60,324 bases of DNA from Octopus bimaculoides. Lineage: Eukaryota. Below the pieces are notes generated by a model. The model made no database searches and was not told the origin of the DNA. It saw only the letters and a program-made list of their open reading frames with translations. The position numbers were made by a program, and so were the translations under genes. Shown piece by piece: positions 12,798-24,829 of the stretch (positions are counted from its first letter, which is position 1; each line of letters opens with the position of its first letter). The DNA is taken from positions 167,673,671 to 167,733,994 of the forward strand of contig NC_068982.1 in NCBI RefSeq assembly GCF_001194135.2, written 5' to 3'.

Positions 12798-14263
12798 TTC
12801 TCAATCTCACTGTCTTTTCCTGTGTCGTTATATCTACGCTTACATGCTATCTATGCTTACACTTACACGCATGAAATGTGGCTGGTACTTGTTTTATCGA
12901 ACTAGTAGGGACGCAAGGTGATGTCACCTTCAATGAGTGTTCTTCTCAGAACATGGAAGCAAAAAATTGGGTACGATATTTAATCTGACGTTTTACCATT
13001 TCTGTCATTAAATTACCGGCCATTTATCGTTTTGAAGAATAATAATGAAATAAATATATTCAACCACAGCAATGTTCGGACTCTGTGAAAGAAAGGTTTT
13101 CGAGTGCTCATAAGATATGCGAATAAAGATAATGAGAATGATAGATCTGACAGCAACAAAGATGAAAAATCAATACTGAAATATAACAAAAAAGTTTCTA
13201 AAGATAAGAAGCTTTCCTCATATGGAGATGAAAGCAAAGTAGTATTGTATTTAGTACTTTTATCACGATAACATGTGATGAGAAAATGAAACAAGGATTC
13301 TGATGGATATGCGTCAGCATAACAAAAAAAAAGAAAAGAAAATTATAACCGCTTCTGTGGATTCAGAAAATACTTTTCAACCTTTTCTAAGAATTCGAAA
13401 GATGCAGAATTAATTTATAAATTGAATCATGGAAATAAAGAAATTTCAAATTAAAAGAACTTTAAAAAAGATTTCACTGAACATGAAGTTTGATTTTTTA
13501 CTTTGAAGTATGAAATTATCGATTAAATAAAAGCAAAGAAATATCACCAGATTCGCAACCCCACCAACCAGTTATTGAAATTTTAGGATTATCTTTTCCT
13601 TCTCAATATACGACGGGAATAAGAAGATAGAAAAAAGATATTGGATTTGTATCTGGAATATATATATTTGAAGAATTTATCAATGATTTAAAAAATAAGA
13701 TTATTGAGAAAAGACGAAACAAAACAAAAAATACAAAATCAAAAGACAAAATAAAAAAACAACTGAAAGTGAACGAGGCTGAAAGTTTTAGAAACAGCAT
13801 ATGAATGTTACAAAATACTAATACAGTATTAGTGCTCAAATGAAGTATAGATACATCCAGAAGCTTTCCTCAAAGGGTAGGTGTAGATTGCATTAAGATT
13901 TTAGAATCTATCTATCTATCTATTTATCTATCAAAAAATCCCTAGCTACCTACCTACTTTCCTACATGCCTGCCTGCCTACGAACGTACGGGTGTGCGAA
14001 CGTATCGGCGTACATACGTATGTATGTATGTATGTATGTATGTATGTGCGTAGATATGTCTTTATTTATGTTTGTCTAAATATCAGCGTCGTATGTATCG
14101 ATAATTGTTCGTTCAATTTTCAGTATTGCACGGTGAGTTTGAAAATATTGTAAGGAGAAATGATAAATTGTATATAAATATGTACTGTTACAGGTGACTT
14201 ATTTTAAAATTAAGAGGGCGGCGTATTGATCATGCATGACTAGGGCACAGGGAGAATTTTAAA

Positions 14264-14640
14264 TGTTGCTGGCACTCCGTCGCTTACGATGTCGAGGGTT
14301 CCAGTTGAGCCAATCAACGGAACAGCCTGCTCGTAGAATTAACGTGCAAGTGGCTGAGCACTCCACAGACACGTGTACCCTTAATGTAGTTCTCAGGGAT
14401 ATTCAGCGTGACGCAGTGTGACAAGGCTGACATCCTTTGAATTACAGGCACAACAGAAACAGAATGAGAGAAAGTTGTGGTGAAAGAGTACAGCAGGGTT
14501 CGCCACCATCCCCTGCCGGAGCCTCGTGGAGCTTTAGGTGTTTTCGCTCAATAAACACTCACAACGCCCGGTCCGGGAATCGAAACTGCAATCCTATGAC
14601 CGTGAGTCCGCTGCCCTAACAACTGGGCCATTGCGCCTCC
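14264..14640 (-). mobile_element. Full-length tRNA-headed SINE family 3
   Basis: Minus strand GGAGGCGCAATGGCCCAGTTGTTAGG...GTTTCGATTCCCGGACC (A and B boxes), ending gacggagtgccagcaaca. It is the inverted homologue of 23414-23786. Confidence 0.85.
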
Positions 14641-15510
14641 ACGCATTTTAAATAATGCTGGATATATATACATAAATACAAATGACAAGCCAATGAGTTG
14701 TAACGTTGACATTAACAATGAAACTATTGCTAAATGTTATAGTGCATCATGGACTGAGGATGACGATATACATGAAGTTCAATATAGTGGACTAAAAGAG
14801 AGAAGGGAAATAGAGCGAGAGGAGAGAAATAGAGCAAGATGGGGGGGGGATAACAGAATGAATAATCCTAGTTTAATAAAATAATCCTTTGATTCATTCA
14901 ATCAGGCACTTATATCATGTTTTATATTAGGTAAATGTCCAGTGTTTCTGTAGATACTCATCGAAGTGTCCACATTTGGTCAAGATTCCTGATTTGGTTA
15001 TAATATAATCTGAGAATTTATTAAAGATTCAGTGTGAAGTACTTTACCGTTATGCTTAATCAGAAATTTCATGCTCCTTTTATGTATGATTTGCATTTCA
15101 TAAGGATCTTCTAAGTGAGTGTCGAATACAGAACTATTTTCTTTGAAATTCCCAACGTAACGGGCAGTTTTGTAGCTTAAGTCATTTCTATATTTCCGAA
15201 AGAGAATTATGGTTAACAGTACCTCAAATATCAAGGATAATAGTATAAATAATATTGAAATTTTACATTATTCACTAACACTGGTGTTTCGTGTTAAATA
15301 CTCGTTTACAAAGGCTTTAAGAAATAAGCGGGATATACAAATATATCAAATTTATATAGAACTCAGTGCGATGTATAGGTTTTGCTTAGAAGATGTACTT
15401 CTTACTCCTAAATAATCAGTTTAGCGTTGCATGGATAATTAAGTAGGCATTTGTATTTCTAGATATGCAATGTCTGAGGTTACTTTAGTTGGCTTCCTTG
15501 TCATTTGGTA

Positions 15511-15820
15511 AGAGCGGGAGTTTAGATCTCGTGAAAAATCTACGAAAATCGACTTTTGACAAGTTAGTAGTAACAATGTATGACAGTGCTGACATCTGCG
15601 ATCTTGTAGGTCTTTTTATATAAATTACACTGAGATCCAGTTTCCTATCTCACGACGTTGGTCTATTCCGAGACAATGGGTTGGGAATATCTCTTGACTG
15701 TGATGGTCACATTCTCAATAAAGTTTTGAAAAACTCATTGATATCTCCAGTCAATTAGGCCTCAAAATCACTGTTATAATCCCTAGATCTTATAAATCCC
15801 TAGATCTAAACTCCCGCTCT
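15511..15820. mobile_element. 310-bp MITE-like element with perfect 19-bp terminal inverted repeats
   Basis: agagcgggagtttagatct (15511-15529) is the exact reverse complement of agatctaaactcccgctct (15802-15820). aatccctagatct is tandemly duplicated at the right end. No clear TSD. Confidence 0.7.
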
Positions 15821-16214
15821 CATAATCAAAACGAGAAACTCTGCTAAGTACACAAACAGTCCTGTCACTCTCCTATATTTTTTTAAAAGTTGCTGTTGAT
15901 TTTGTAATAAATAGCTTTCCTATAGTTACGGAAGCAACAGCAACGTTTTATGATAACCGGAAAAAATGCGTCGTGTACATAAAACATTTGAAAAGAGATG
16001 CGTTAGGAAATAAATAAGAATCGTAATATCAAAATAGTGTGCATTCTTACTGCAAACGACCTTGACTACTGCATGAAGATTAGTGCTGGAATGAGAGTTA
16101 CTAGGAGTTACTAGGATGAAAGACACTATCTTCTGTCTTATAATTCATTACCATAAACATCTAATTGAGAGGCGAGAACCAAATTTGTTTGATCTTTATG
16201 GTGCATCATGTCTT

Positions 16215-16930
16215 TTTACTTAGTGTAGGAAGTGAGCTCATTGCAAACACCTTTAATGATTGTTATGTTACGTTCACGGTTAGAATCGTTAGACAAAATC
16301 TGCAGCCTTTTTTCTATAATTGTCAGCTTTTCAGCAATATTCTTTGGTGTCAGTTTAAATGATGTTGATTCTTAGCTTGCTATTGTTCAACCTGCACCAG
16401 CTCTTTAAATACACTTTCTCTGTCGGACACTAGCAGCTCAATCACATCATCCCTTATTATTCTTTCAAACCTTACAACATTTGCAAGTGTTTCAATATCT
16501 TTTCGAATTTGATGTATACATTTTGCTTATGGTAAACCTGTAAAGTCGTGGATACAGTGTGGTCATATATCTTTTCAAGCACCATTCAACGTTGAGAATG
16601 TCACTTCATCTCAAGACTCAGCTCTGTTATCCCTAGCATCTATTATATTGAACTTCTCTCAGAAGTCTCTCATTGTAGCTTTATCCTCCTTGACAATTGC
16701 TTTCATAAGTTGTTTGAAAGTTATCAGATAATATGCCTTGTTGTCAGCTACCACACCTTGATGTATTGGCTGGAGTAAAGAAGTTGTATTCTTGGGGATA
16801 TATTCTACTCTCTCATAATTAAAGAACTCATTTAAGTACATTGTGTGGCTTGGTGCTTTGTCTAAAAGGGACAAGGCTTTGTTGGAAATATGTCTGGCAC
16901 TGTGCTATTCTACTGCTGGGTAAAATGCGA
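16215..16930 (-). pseudogene. Tigger/pogo-family (DDE_1) transposase remnant
   Basis: Minus-strand translation YPAVE*HSARHISNKALSLLDKAPSH...YIPKNTTSLLQPIHQGVVADNKAYYL...TMRDF*EKFNIIDARDNRAES*DEVTFSTLNGA*KDI*PHCIHDFTG...DDVIELL matches the Tigger LLLDNAPGH / LPPNTTSLIQPMDQGVI pattern. Confidence 0.85.
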
Positions 16931-17888
16931 TTGTAAACTGCATTTCATTCATAGTGAGAAATTCCACATCATTCTTTGTAAGTTTTTTTATAATGACACA
17001 TATACAAACACTTATACATTAACACACGCACGCGCATATATGTATGCATATATGTATGAACAAGCATATGCCCTGCAAAATAAGATACCTTGGACAGTGT
17101 GATTATTATGATTATTGATTTTTAAATTAACTACACATTGATCTTAGCCAAAAGGAGAAAATGTACCTTTTAAATTCTTAAAATTATCCAAGTTTTCGTG
17201 AGGGGTTAAAATATAGACCATATTTGTCATATTTCATAATTTCCGCAATGGGGGAAATCACAGACGTGCGGATGCGTATATATATATATATGCATACATA
17301 CATACACATATGTATATGTATGATTGTTTGTTTGTGAGTGTGTGTGTGTCTGTGTGTGCAATTGATTGTTTGTGTGTAATTTCTTCCTCGTAATTGTGCC
17401 ATCAGCAGTTATGTTAAATGCGAATTCCGCGGCATCTCTTCATTTGTACGACTATAGCATCATAAGTTCGTTAGACACTACACTTATAGCATCTGAAAGA
17501 TCATGACGTTACATATAACGCAACGTCAATCTCCAGAGTTTTAAAGCTTATCAAAATAAAATTATCGATAGAAATTTTAGATCGATGTTGCACAAGACAT
17601 TGACTTCCGTTCTAGTACCAAGCAATTATTATGTAGATATTTTATAAATTGGTCAATTATCTTAAACCACATATCCATATATATAAATCCAGGCTTTCCT
17701 TATCTTCCAAACACTTTTTTGTATCCTTTCTATCTCTATTTCTATAATACATAAACATATATCATGCAAACATCCACGTATATACATTCATAAATACATA
17801 CATATATATATATATACACGCGTACATGAAAATATTTACAGACATATACATATGTATATCTGTATGTCAATGCATGTATATGCGAACT

Positions 17889-17950
<62 letters not shown>

Positions 17951-18652
17951 GTCTGTCTGTCTGTCTGTCTGTTTTCTATCTATCTGCCTGTTTGATTGTC
18001 GGTCTGACTCTCTGCCTGTCTGTCTTTTACCCTCTTCGCCCGTCATTGCGATGTTGATTAGCCGGATAAGTACATTTACGTTGGATGGTTTCACAAAATA
18101 GTTCAGATGATGTCAACAGGATATACACAGTCAATTCATAGCATTTAGATATTCGTCGGATTGACGCAAATTTGGACATGGTGACTATACACGCATACAC
18201 GCATATTGTGTGTGTGTGTTTTTGTATGTATATGTATACATATATCTAAACATATGGACATAGAGGCATATGAATACAAAATTTGCCTATAAACACACAC
18301 ATATGTATATATACTCACAGATATAGATATAGTTGTAAATATATATATATATATATATNNNNNNNNNNNNNNNNNNNNNNNNNNNNNNNNNNNNNNNNNN
18401 NNNNNNNNNNNNNNNNNNNNNNNNNNNNNNNNNNNNNNNNNNNNNNNNNNNNNNNNNNNNNNNNNNNNNNNNNNNNNNNNNNNNNNNNNNNNNNNNNNNN
18501 NNNNNNNNNNNNNNNNNNNNNNNNNNNNNNNNNNNNNNNNNNNNNNNNNNNNNNNNNNNNNNNNNNNNNNNNNNNNNNNNNNNNNNNNNNNNNNNNNNNN
18601 NNNNNNNNNNNNNNNNNNNNNNNNNNNNNNNNNNNNNNNNNNNNNNNNNNNN

Positions 18653-18690
<38 letters not shown>

Positions 18691-18885
18691 GTGTGTGTGA
18701 GTGTGTGTGTGTGAGTGTGAGTGTGTGTGTGTGTGTGTATTTAGTCTCTGTGAGAGAGGCTGAGAGATACGCTGAACTAGTCAGATTTCTACCAACAATA
18801 AACCCGCTCCTCCTTCCTAAATACCCGCCTCTTGTCCTCCTCTTTCCCGCCTCTTCCGTTTCCCCCACCTCTCTCTCTTTCTGTC

Positions 18886-18921
<36 letters not shown>

Positions 18922-19929
18922 CCCCATGTACTGCTACTAACGCTATAATTAACTTACTTTTAAATATTTAAAAGTATTTGTTGGCATAACGAATTTAACA
19001 AGTTTCCCTTGAAAGGTATCAATCAATCAATTTCATTCTGTTTGTGTTTAATTTTAATTCTAGTCGTACTGGGTTAATATATGGAAGATATTCTAAACTA
19101 GGTAATTAACGTTCAATCTTCCCATAAAGCCTTCTGATCGGGCATTTATCGTCTCGTTACCCATCGTGTGTCTCACTTCCAGTCTTCGCATCAACAACAA
19201 AATCATTTCTACCCAATGTTTCAACTCGATGGAGATTCCTACTCGCTTCCCTACCCGTTGAGAGCCATCAACTTCATAAATCTCGTCAGTTGTGGGCGAG
19301 TTCCTACTCCATCCTTCTGAATAAACAGAGATTTAAAATACTTCTATATCAAATAATTCTTCATGCTTTTTATGAGTTTTCATCATTATATTTCGTGTTT
19401 AATAAGAGATCTTTCCACTTTTTTTATGCGCTGTTGCTCATTCTTTGTGTTATTTCTCAAATCATCCAAACGACAAAGGAATCCAATAATGAATAAACCA
19501 GCTGGCGACTTAAGGTTTTTGTTTTTCTTTATACCCTCTTCAGTACCTACTGTTGTTTTTATGGATCTAAATATACATTCTTTTATTTCGTTATGATATC
19601 GTAGTGCTAGTATCTGCTGAGCATAATCAAAATGTTGAAATATTTCATTATCATAATGACGTCAGTTGGTCTATGATGAAGAAATATTAAAACAAATGTA
19701 ATCTCGAGAAATGACTAGTTTTGTTTAAAATTCCAGTTTGCTGAACTATACCAGATGCTCGGTAAATTTCTGTCACAGATCATAGTTTTTCAAACAAACA
19801 TGCAGCACTCATAATATTCAACGAATTATCCACGCAATATGAAATTTATAAAAATAACGTTTCTGAAAATTCCTGTTTACACTCGAAAATAGGCCTAGGG
19901 CAGGTTAAAGGCTTTAGGCTGATGCAAAA

Positions 19930-20620
19930 TTCAAAAGAACAAAAGATTTATTTGCGAAAACCTCTTACGCAACTTTGATTAGTGTTTCAAACATTTAGGA
20001 GAATTTAGGAATAAACACATAAAATCCCTTTACTACTCGTTACAAGTTGGTCGAAATATATGAATCACATTATAAGAAATAATCTAATGATTACTGTTAA
20101 TAATAAACTTGTTCAGAAATAGCGATGTGTCATATTTTATTGTGAAATTCCAATTACATTCGTTCAAATATCTGAATAATATTGAGTGCAACGGTGCGGA
20201 GGATATTATTCTCCTGTCATGAGAAGATCAATGTTACACTCTCGAAATGTCAAATAATATAGGGAATCGTTCCACAGTAAAAGGTGTAGGGGATTAATTG
20301 GAAATTGAAGATCGTCATACTCTCAAAAGATTTTTCTGCAAGATAATACTTCAGTTCACTTATCCCGAAGTAGTGCATTGGCTTCCTCAATCACAGTATT
20401 GTTATATCATTGAACTCAACTCTATCATTCCAAAATAACCCACATTTTTTTTTGTTTCTCATATAATCGTATAGGGGACACGAGATGTTAAGATTAATGA
20501 CATATATGAAATAAACTTGCAGAATCTGCAGAATCTGGCGTGTCAAAGAGCTTGCTTTTGCACTGAGATGATCGATACAGTGTAAAATTATATTTTGCTC
20601 CACCATTGGCAGATAATTTA
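19930..20620 (-). mobile_element. Possible heavily decayed Helitron PIF1-helicase remnant
   Basis: Short minus-strand peptides in shifting frames (YNNTVIEEANALL...SCRKIF*EYDDLQFP; RVVKGFYVFIP...EVFAN) recall Helitron helicase segments. The similarity is weak and judged by eye only. Confidence 0.25.
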
Positions 20621-21769
20621 ACAATCTCTTTGAAAATCTACATATATATTTTGCAACAAATTGAAACGGTATACTCAGAACTAAATATTATATATATCCT
20701 GTCTATTTCCTGCCTACCTTATAAATATTTTCAAATATGCTTCATTACTAGTGTTAAATTAAATATAGCCCCTAAGTGTAACGAGAAATATGTCACCCGA
20801 ATATATGGTAATTAGTTTACTTTATTTTGTTGAGGAACAGAATTATTTAGTTTTGTGGAACTGCTACGGTTTCTGCTATAATAAATATCTTAATACCCTT
20901 AAGATGTCAGGAAATATGTCGAGCTTTTATCAAATATCAATAATTCTTCACTATTATTTCATCGAAGAAGAAATATGTATTTAATTTTCATTTTAAGAAT
21001 TTTGTTTTAATTCAGCTTCTTTCAATTATATTACAGCAAATTAAATAAAATCTATTTTTAGATTTGAGCTATATTTTACTTTTCAAATTTACATTATTTT
21101 GAAGAGTAATTTAGGATATTTGCCAACTGCCATGCTGTTACTAGTGTTATTAGCCTTTATAATTTCTTTGGTGTATTTGCTGATATTGCAAGATTTGCTG
21201 TGCGCTTCTTTGATTAAATTTAATACAGCTCATTATAAACTTGAAGTGATAAACATCGGCTAAAGAAAATAAAAACGAGTTCAGTAAATTAGCAATCAAA
21301 AAACATTTAAATATTTTTTGCTGCTCAACTATTTTTTCCTTTTTTTCAAAAATGGCTAAAATATAACAGTATCACGTCAGAAAAATTAAAAACCAAAATG
21401 ACATTTATATGAATGTTGAAAGGAAAGCAAATATGACAATATTTTAGTTTCACACACACGCGCACGCGCGCACACACACATCTATCTATCTATCTATCTA
21501 TCTATTTATTTGTGTGCGTGTGTATGTGTGTGCATGCGCGTGTGTATATTGGACGGTATGATGGGATCCGCCATCATACTGTGTAGTGCTTCAGTTTCTG
21601 GGGATGTTACCTTTCCTAGCGTCAGCCACTTTACAAAATGTCAAAATTACTTTTTAGCTACTTTTTTCGTGGCACCAGCCGGAGTGAGGTTACCTTGTAG
21701 GTTGCAAAACTAAGAGCCCCATCGATTGAGTAGAGAGTAATGTAATCTTATACAAGGTGCCGAAAGGGT

Positions 21770-22273
21770 AGACTACAAAAGGCGTGAGAGGTATGCAATA
21801 ATCTACATATGGAAAATCCAAGAAGGGCTAGTACCTAACTTTGGCATTGAATGTTATATAAATGCCAGACCTGGCCGGTATTGTATTGTACCAAAGGTAC
21901 CATCTACTCCATCTAAATTCAAGACCAAGTACTGCAATACTTCAAAGGCCCACAGCTCTTCAATGCTCTGCCACAAAAATTTAGAAATTTGCATAAGGTA
22001 GAAGTAGAAGTCTTCAAAAGGGAACTAGTCATCCTCTTCTACACAATACCTGATGAACCAACAATCCGACATGAGGTACAGACGAGGACAGCAGAATCAA
22101 TCTCCCTTACACACCAAATGTAACAACAGCTGGGACAAAGGCACATACAGGAGTGGTGATGTGAAACATCCCAAACTGAGGAAATCAGAAAGACTATGGT
22201 GGTGCTCCAGCATGGCCACCGCTGCATGGCTGAACGAATAAAAGAGGAGTAAAATGTATGTATGTACGTATAT
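21770..22273 (+). mobile_element. 5'-truncated CR1/L2-group LINE 3' end with (ATGT)n tail, copy 1
   Basis: RRERYAIIYIWKIQEGLVPNFGIECYINARPGRYCIVPKVP...KGPQLFNALP...VFKRELVILFYTIPDEP. It is the inverted homologue of 54927-55410. Confidence 0.8.
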
Positions 22274-22811
22274 NNNNNNNNNNNNNNNNNNNNNNNNNNN
22301 NNNNNNNNNNNNNNNNNNNNNNNNNNNNNNNNNNNNNNNNNNNNNNNNNNNNNNNNNNNNNNNNNNNNNNNNNNNNNNNNNNNNNNNNNNNNNNNNNNNN
22401 NNNNNNNNNNNNNNNNNNNNNNNNNNNNNNNNNNNNNNNNNNNNNNNNNNNNNNNNNNNNNNNNNNNNNNNNNNNNNNNNNNNNNNNNNNNNNNNNNNNN
22501 NNNNNNNNNNNNNNNNNNNNNNNNNNNNNNNNNNNNNNNNNNNNNNNNNNNNNNNNNNNNNNNNNNNNNNNNNNNNNNNNNNNNNNNNNNNNNNNNNNNN
22601 NNNNNNNNNNNNNNNNNNNNNNNNNNNNNNNNNNNNNNNNNNNNNNNNNNNNNNNNNNNNNNNNNNNNNNNNNNNNNNNNNNNNNNNNNNNNNNNNNNNN
22701 NNNNNNNNNNNNNNNNNNNNNNNNNNNNNNNNNNNNNNNNNNNNNNNNNNNNNNNNNNNNNNNNNNNNNNNNNNNNNNNNNNNNNNNNNNNNNNNNNNNN
22801 NNNNNNNNNNN

Positions 22812-22859
<48 letters not shown>

Positions 22860-23413
22860 CATGTACATATATATATATGTATATACATGTGTATATATAT
22901 ATATATATATACATGTATGTATGTATGTATGTATATATACATGTATGTATCTATATATACATATACATGCATGTGTGTATACCAGAAGTCAGTCATCGAG
23001 AGATATATAGTCAAAGTTTTAATTGCAACCACATGGGAAATCATTGTGTTCTCCAGTCTGCTAACCTATGAGGCGTCTCAGATGAGTCTTATATTTACTA
23101 AAGTCAAACAGATTTTCGTGGAACCTCTTCAGGAAAATAAAATTTTATATTTATGAAGAATGATAGGAAAAACATGAGCAAGAACATAAATATAAATATA
23201 AAAAGTGAAAACAACAAAATACAAAAACAATACAATATAACTGATAATAGAATTAACTTCAGTCATCTTCGACGCATAGGACATTCACATTGAATAAGTG
23301 TACATAATAGTATTCATCCTTGTAACTGCCCCACTTCTCAATCGTACAAAGATATATGCGCAAACACTAATATCCATATATTGGTATATTCCTTGGTACA
23401 TATATTAGTAAGT

Positions 23414-23786
23414 GGAGGCGGAATGGCCCAGCGGCTAGGGAAGCGAACTCACGGTCATAGGATCGCGGTTTCGATTCCCAGACCGGGCGTTGTGAGTGTT
23501 TATTGAGCGAAAACACCTAAAGCCCCACGAGTCTCCGGCAGGGGTTGGTGGCGAACCCTGCTGTACTCTTTCACCACAACTTTCTCTCACTGTTGTGCCT
23601 GTAATTCAAAGGGTCAGCCTTGTCACACTTTGTGTCACACTGAATATCCCCGAGAACTACGTTAAGGGTACACGTGTCTGTGGAGTGCTCGGCCACTTGC
23701 ACGTTAATTTCACGAGCAGGCTGTTCCGTTGATCGGATCAACTGGAACCCTCGACGTCGTAAGCGACGGAGTGCCAACATCAACAA
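23414..23786 (+). mobile_element. Full-length tRNA-headed SINE family 3
   Basis: GGAGGCGGAATGGCCCAGCGGCTAGG...GTTTCGATTCCCAGACC head; 3' end gacggagtgccaacatcaacaa. Confidence 0.85.
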
Positions 23787-24251
23787 GATTAGTATATAAA
23801 TACGTACATTATTAGACTTTTGCATACATCTACGAATACGGTGTGTGCTACGTTATTGATACATGCATAAACGCGTATATATACATACACACACATATGT
23901 GTGTGTGTGTATGTGTGGAGTGTGTGATTTTGTGTATGTTTGTGTGTGTATATATGTGTGTGTATATGTTTGTGTATGTATATATATGTAATATCATGCA
24001 TACATGCATATAGCAAATACATACAAATTTATAATTTATGAGAATTGATATGAATAAACAAAGAAAGGGTAATCGATATGTATTCTTAGTCACTCATATC
24101 TCTGAGATCATTGTGACTCCGAGTTTCACATCTAGATTATCTCAGATAATGTTATAAAAGCTGCTTCAGTTCTATATTTAAGAGACGAGGAATTATGTAC
24201 ATTTAAATTATTTACATTTGACGGATATTTGTCCTCATCTTGTTTGTTGTT

Positions 24252-24297
24252 AACACAACATTTCGGCTGATATACCCTCCAGCCTTCATCAGGTGTT
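24252..24297 (-). ncRNA. Minimal type I hammerhead ribozyme motif, copy 1 (intact core)
   Basis: Minus strand AACAC-CUGAUGA-A-GGCUG-gagggtatat-CAGCC-GAAA-U-GUU-GUGUU. Helix I is AACAC/GUGUU and helix II is GGCUG/CAGCC; predicted cleavage is between 24257 and 24256. Confidence 0.7.
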
Positions 24298-24495
24298 TTG
24301 GGGAAATTTTGAACCCGGNNNNNNNNNNNNNNNNNNNNNNNNNNNNNNNNNNNNNNNNNNNNNNNNNNNNNNNNNNNNNNNNNNNNNNNNNNNNNNNNNN
24401 NNNNNNNNNNNNNNNNNNNNNNNNNNNNNNNNNNNNNNNNNNNCATTTAAATTATTTACATTTGACGGATATTTGTCCTCATCTTGTTTGTTGTT

Positions 24496-24541
24496 AACAC
24501 AACATTTCGGCTGATATACCCTCCAGCCTTCATCAGGTGTT
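24496..24541 (-). ncRNA. Minimal type I hammerhead ribozyme motif, copy 2 (intact core)
   Basis: Identical to copy 1, 244 bp away across an N-gap, so one of the two may be an assembly overlap. Confidence 0.65.
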
Positions 24542-24670
24542 TTGGGGAAATTTTGAACCCGGGTTCTCATTTCTAAGATATTTTTTTTCGATGCTATAAT
24601 AATAAATAATAATAATAACAACATCGAAAAATATCTTAGGAATGAGAACCCAGGTTCAAAATTTCCCCAA

Positions 24671-24715
24671 GATACCTGATAAGGCTGGAGGGTATATCAG
24701 CCGAAACGTCGTGTT
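24671..24715 (+). ncRNA. Hammerhead motif copy 3, sense to the host gene, core lesion (G8 lost)
   Basis: GAUAC-CUGAUAA-GGCUG-gagggtatat-CAGCC-GAAA-C-GUC-GUGUU. It has a GUC triplet and palindromic ACGU, but CUGAUGA has become CUGAUAA. Confidence 0.6.
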
Positions 24716-24829
24716 AACAACAAACAAGATGAGGACAAATATCCGTCAAATGTAAATAATGTAAATAAAAGCTATTTCTCTAAGCAAGGGGCTGTCATTC
24801 AAATACGTAAGTTAATGCGAGTGGCCCCA

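Larger units (their letters stand above)
24168..24766. mobile_element. Penelope-like/retrozyme-type repeat cluster: two minus-strand copies plus one inverted plus-strand copy forming a foldback
   Basis: Arms of about 140 bp (24451-24593 and 24622-24760) are near-perfect reverse complements around an (AAT)-rich spacer. A further minus-strand copy lies at 24200-24318, left of the N-gap. Confidence 0.75.

Noticed and set aside
22050-22056. CTGATGA hammerhead-core match in the CR1 LINE (and its inverted copy near 55120)
   Set aside because: It encodes the conserved IPDEP peptide, and no helix II plus GAAA follows.
23414-23490. tRNA genes (also the heads at 10075-10171, 14565-14640, 45402-45470, 48171-48230)
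   Set aside because: A/B boxes are present, but no convincing acceptor stem or cloverleaf, and each continues into a repeated SINE body.
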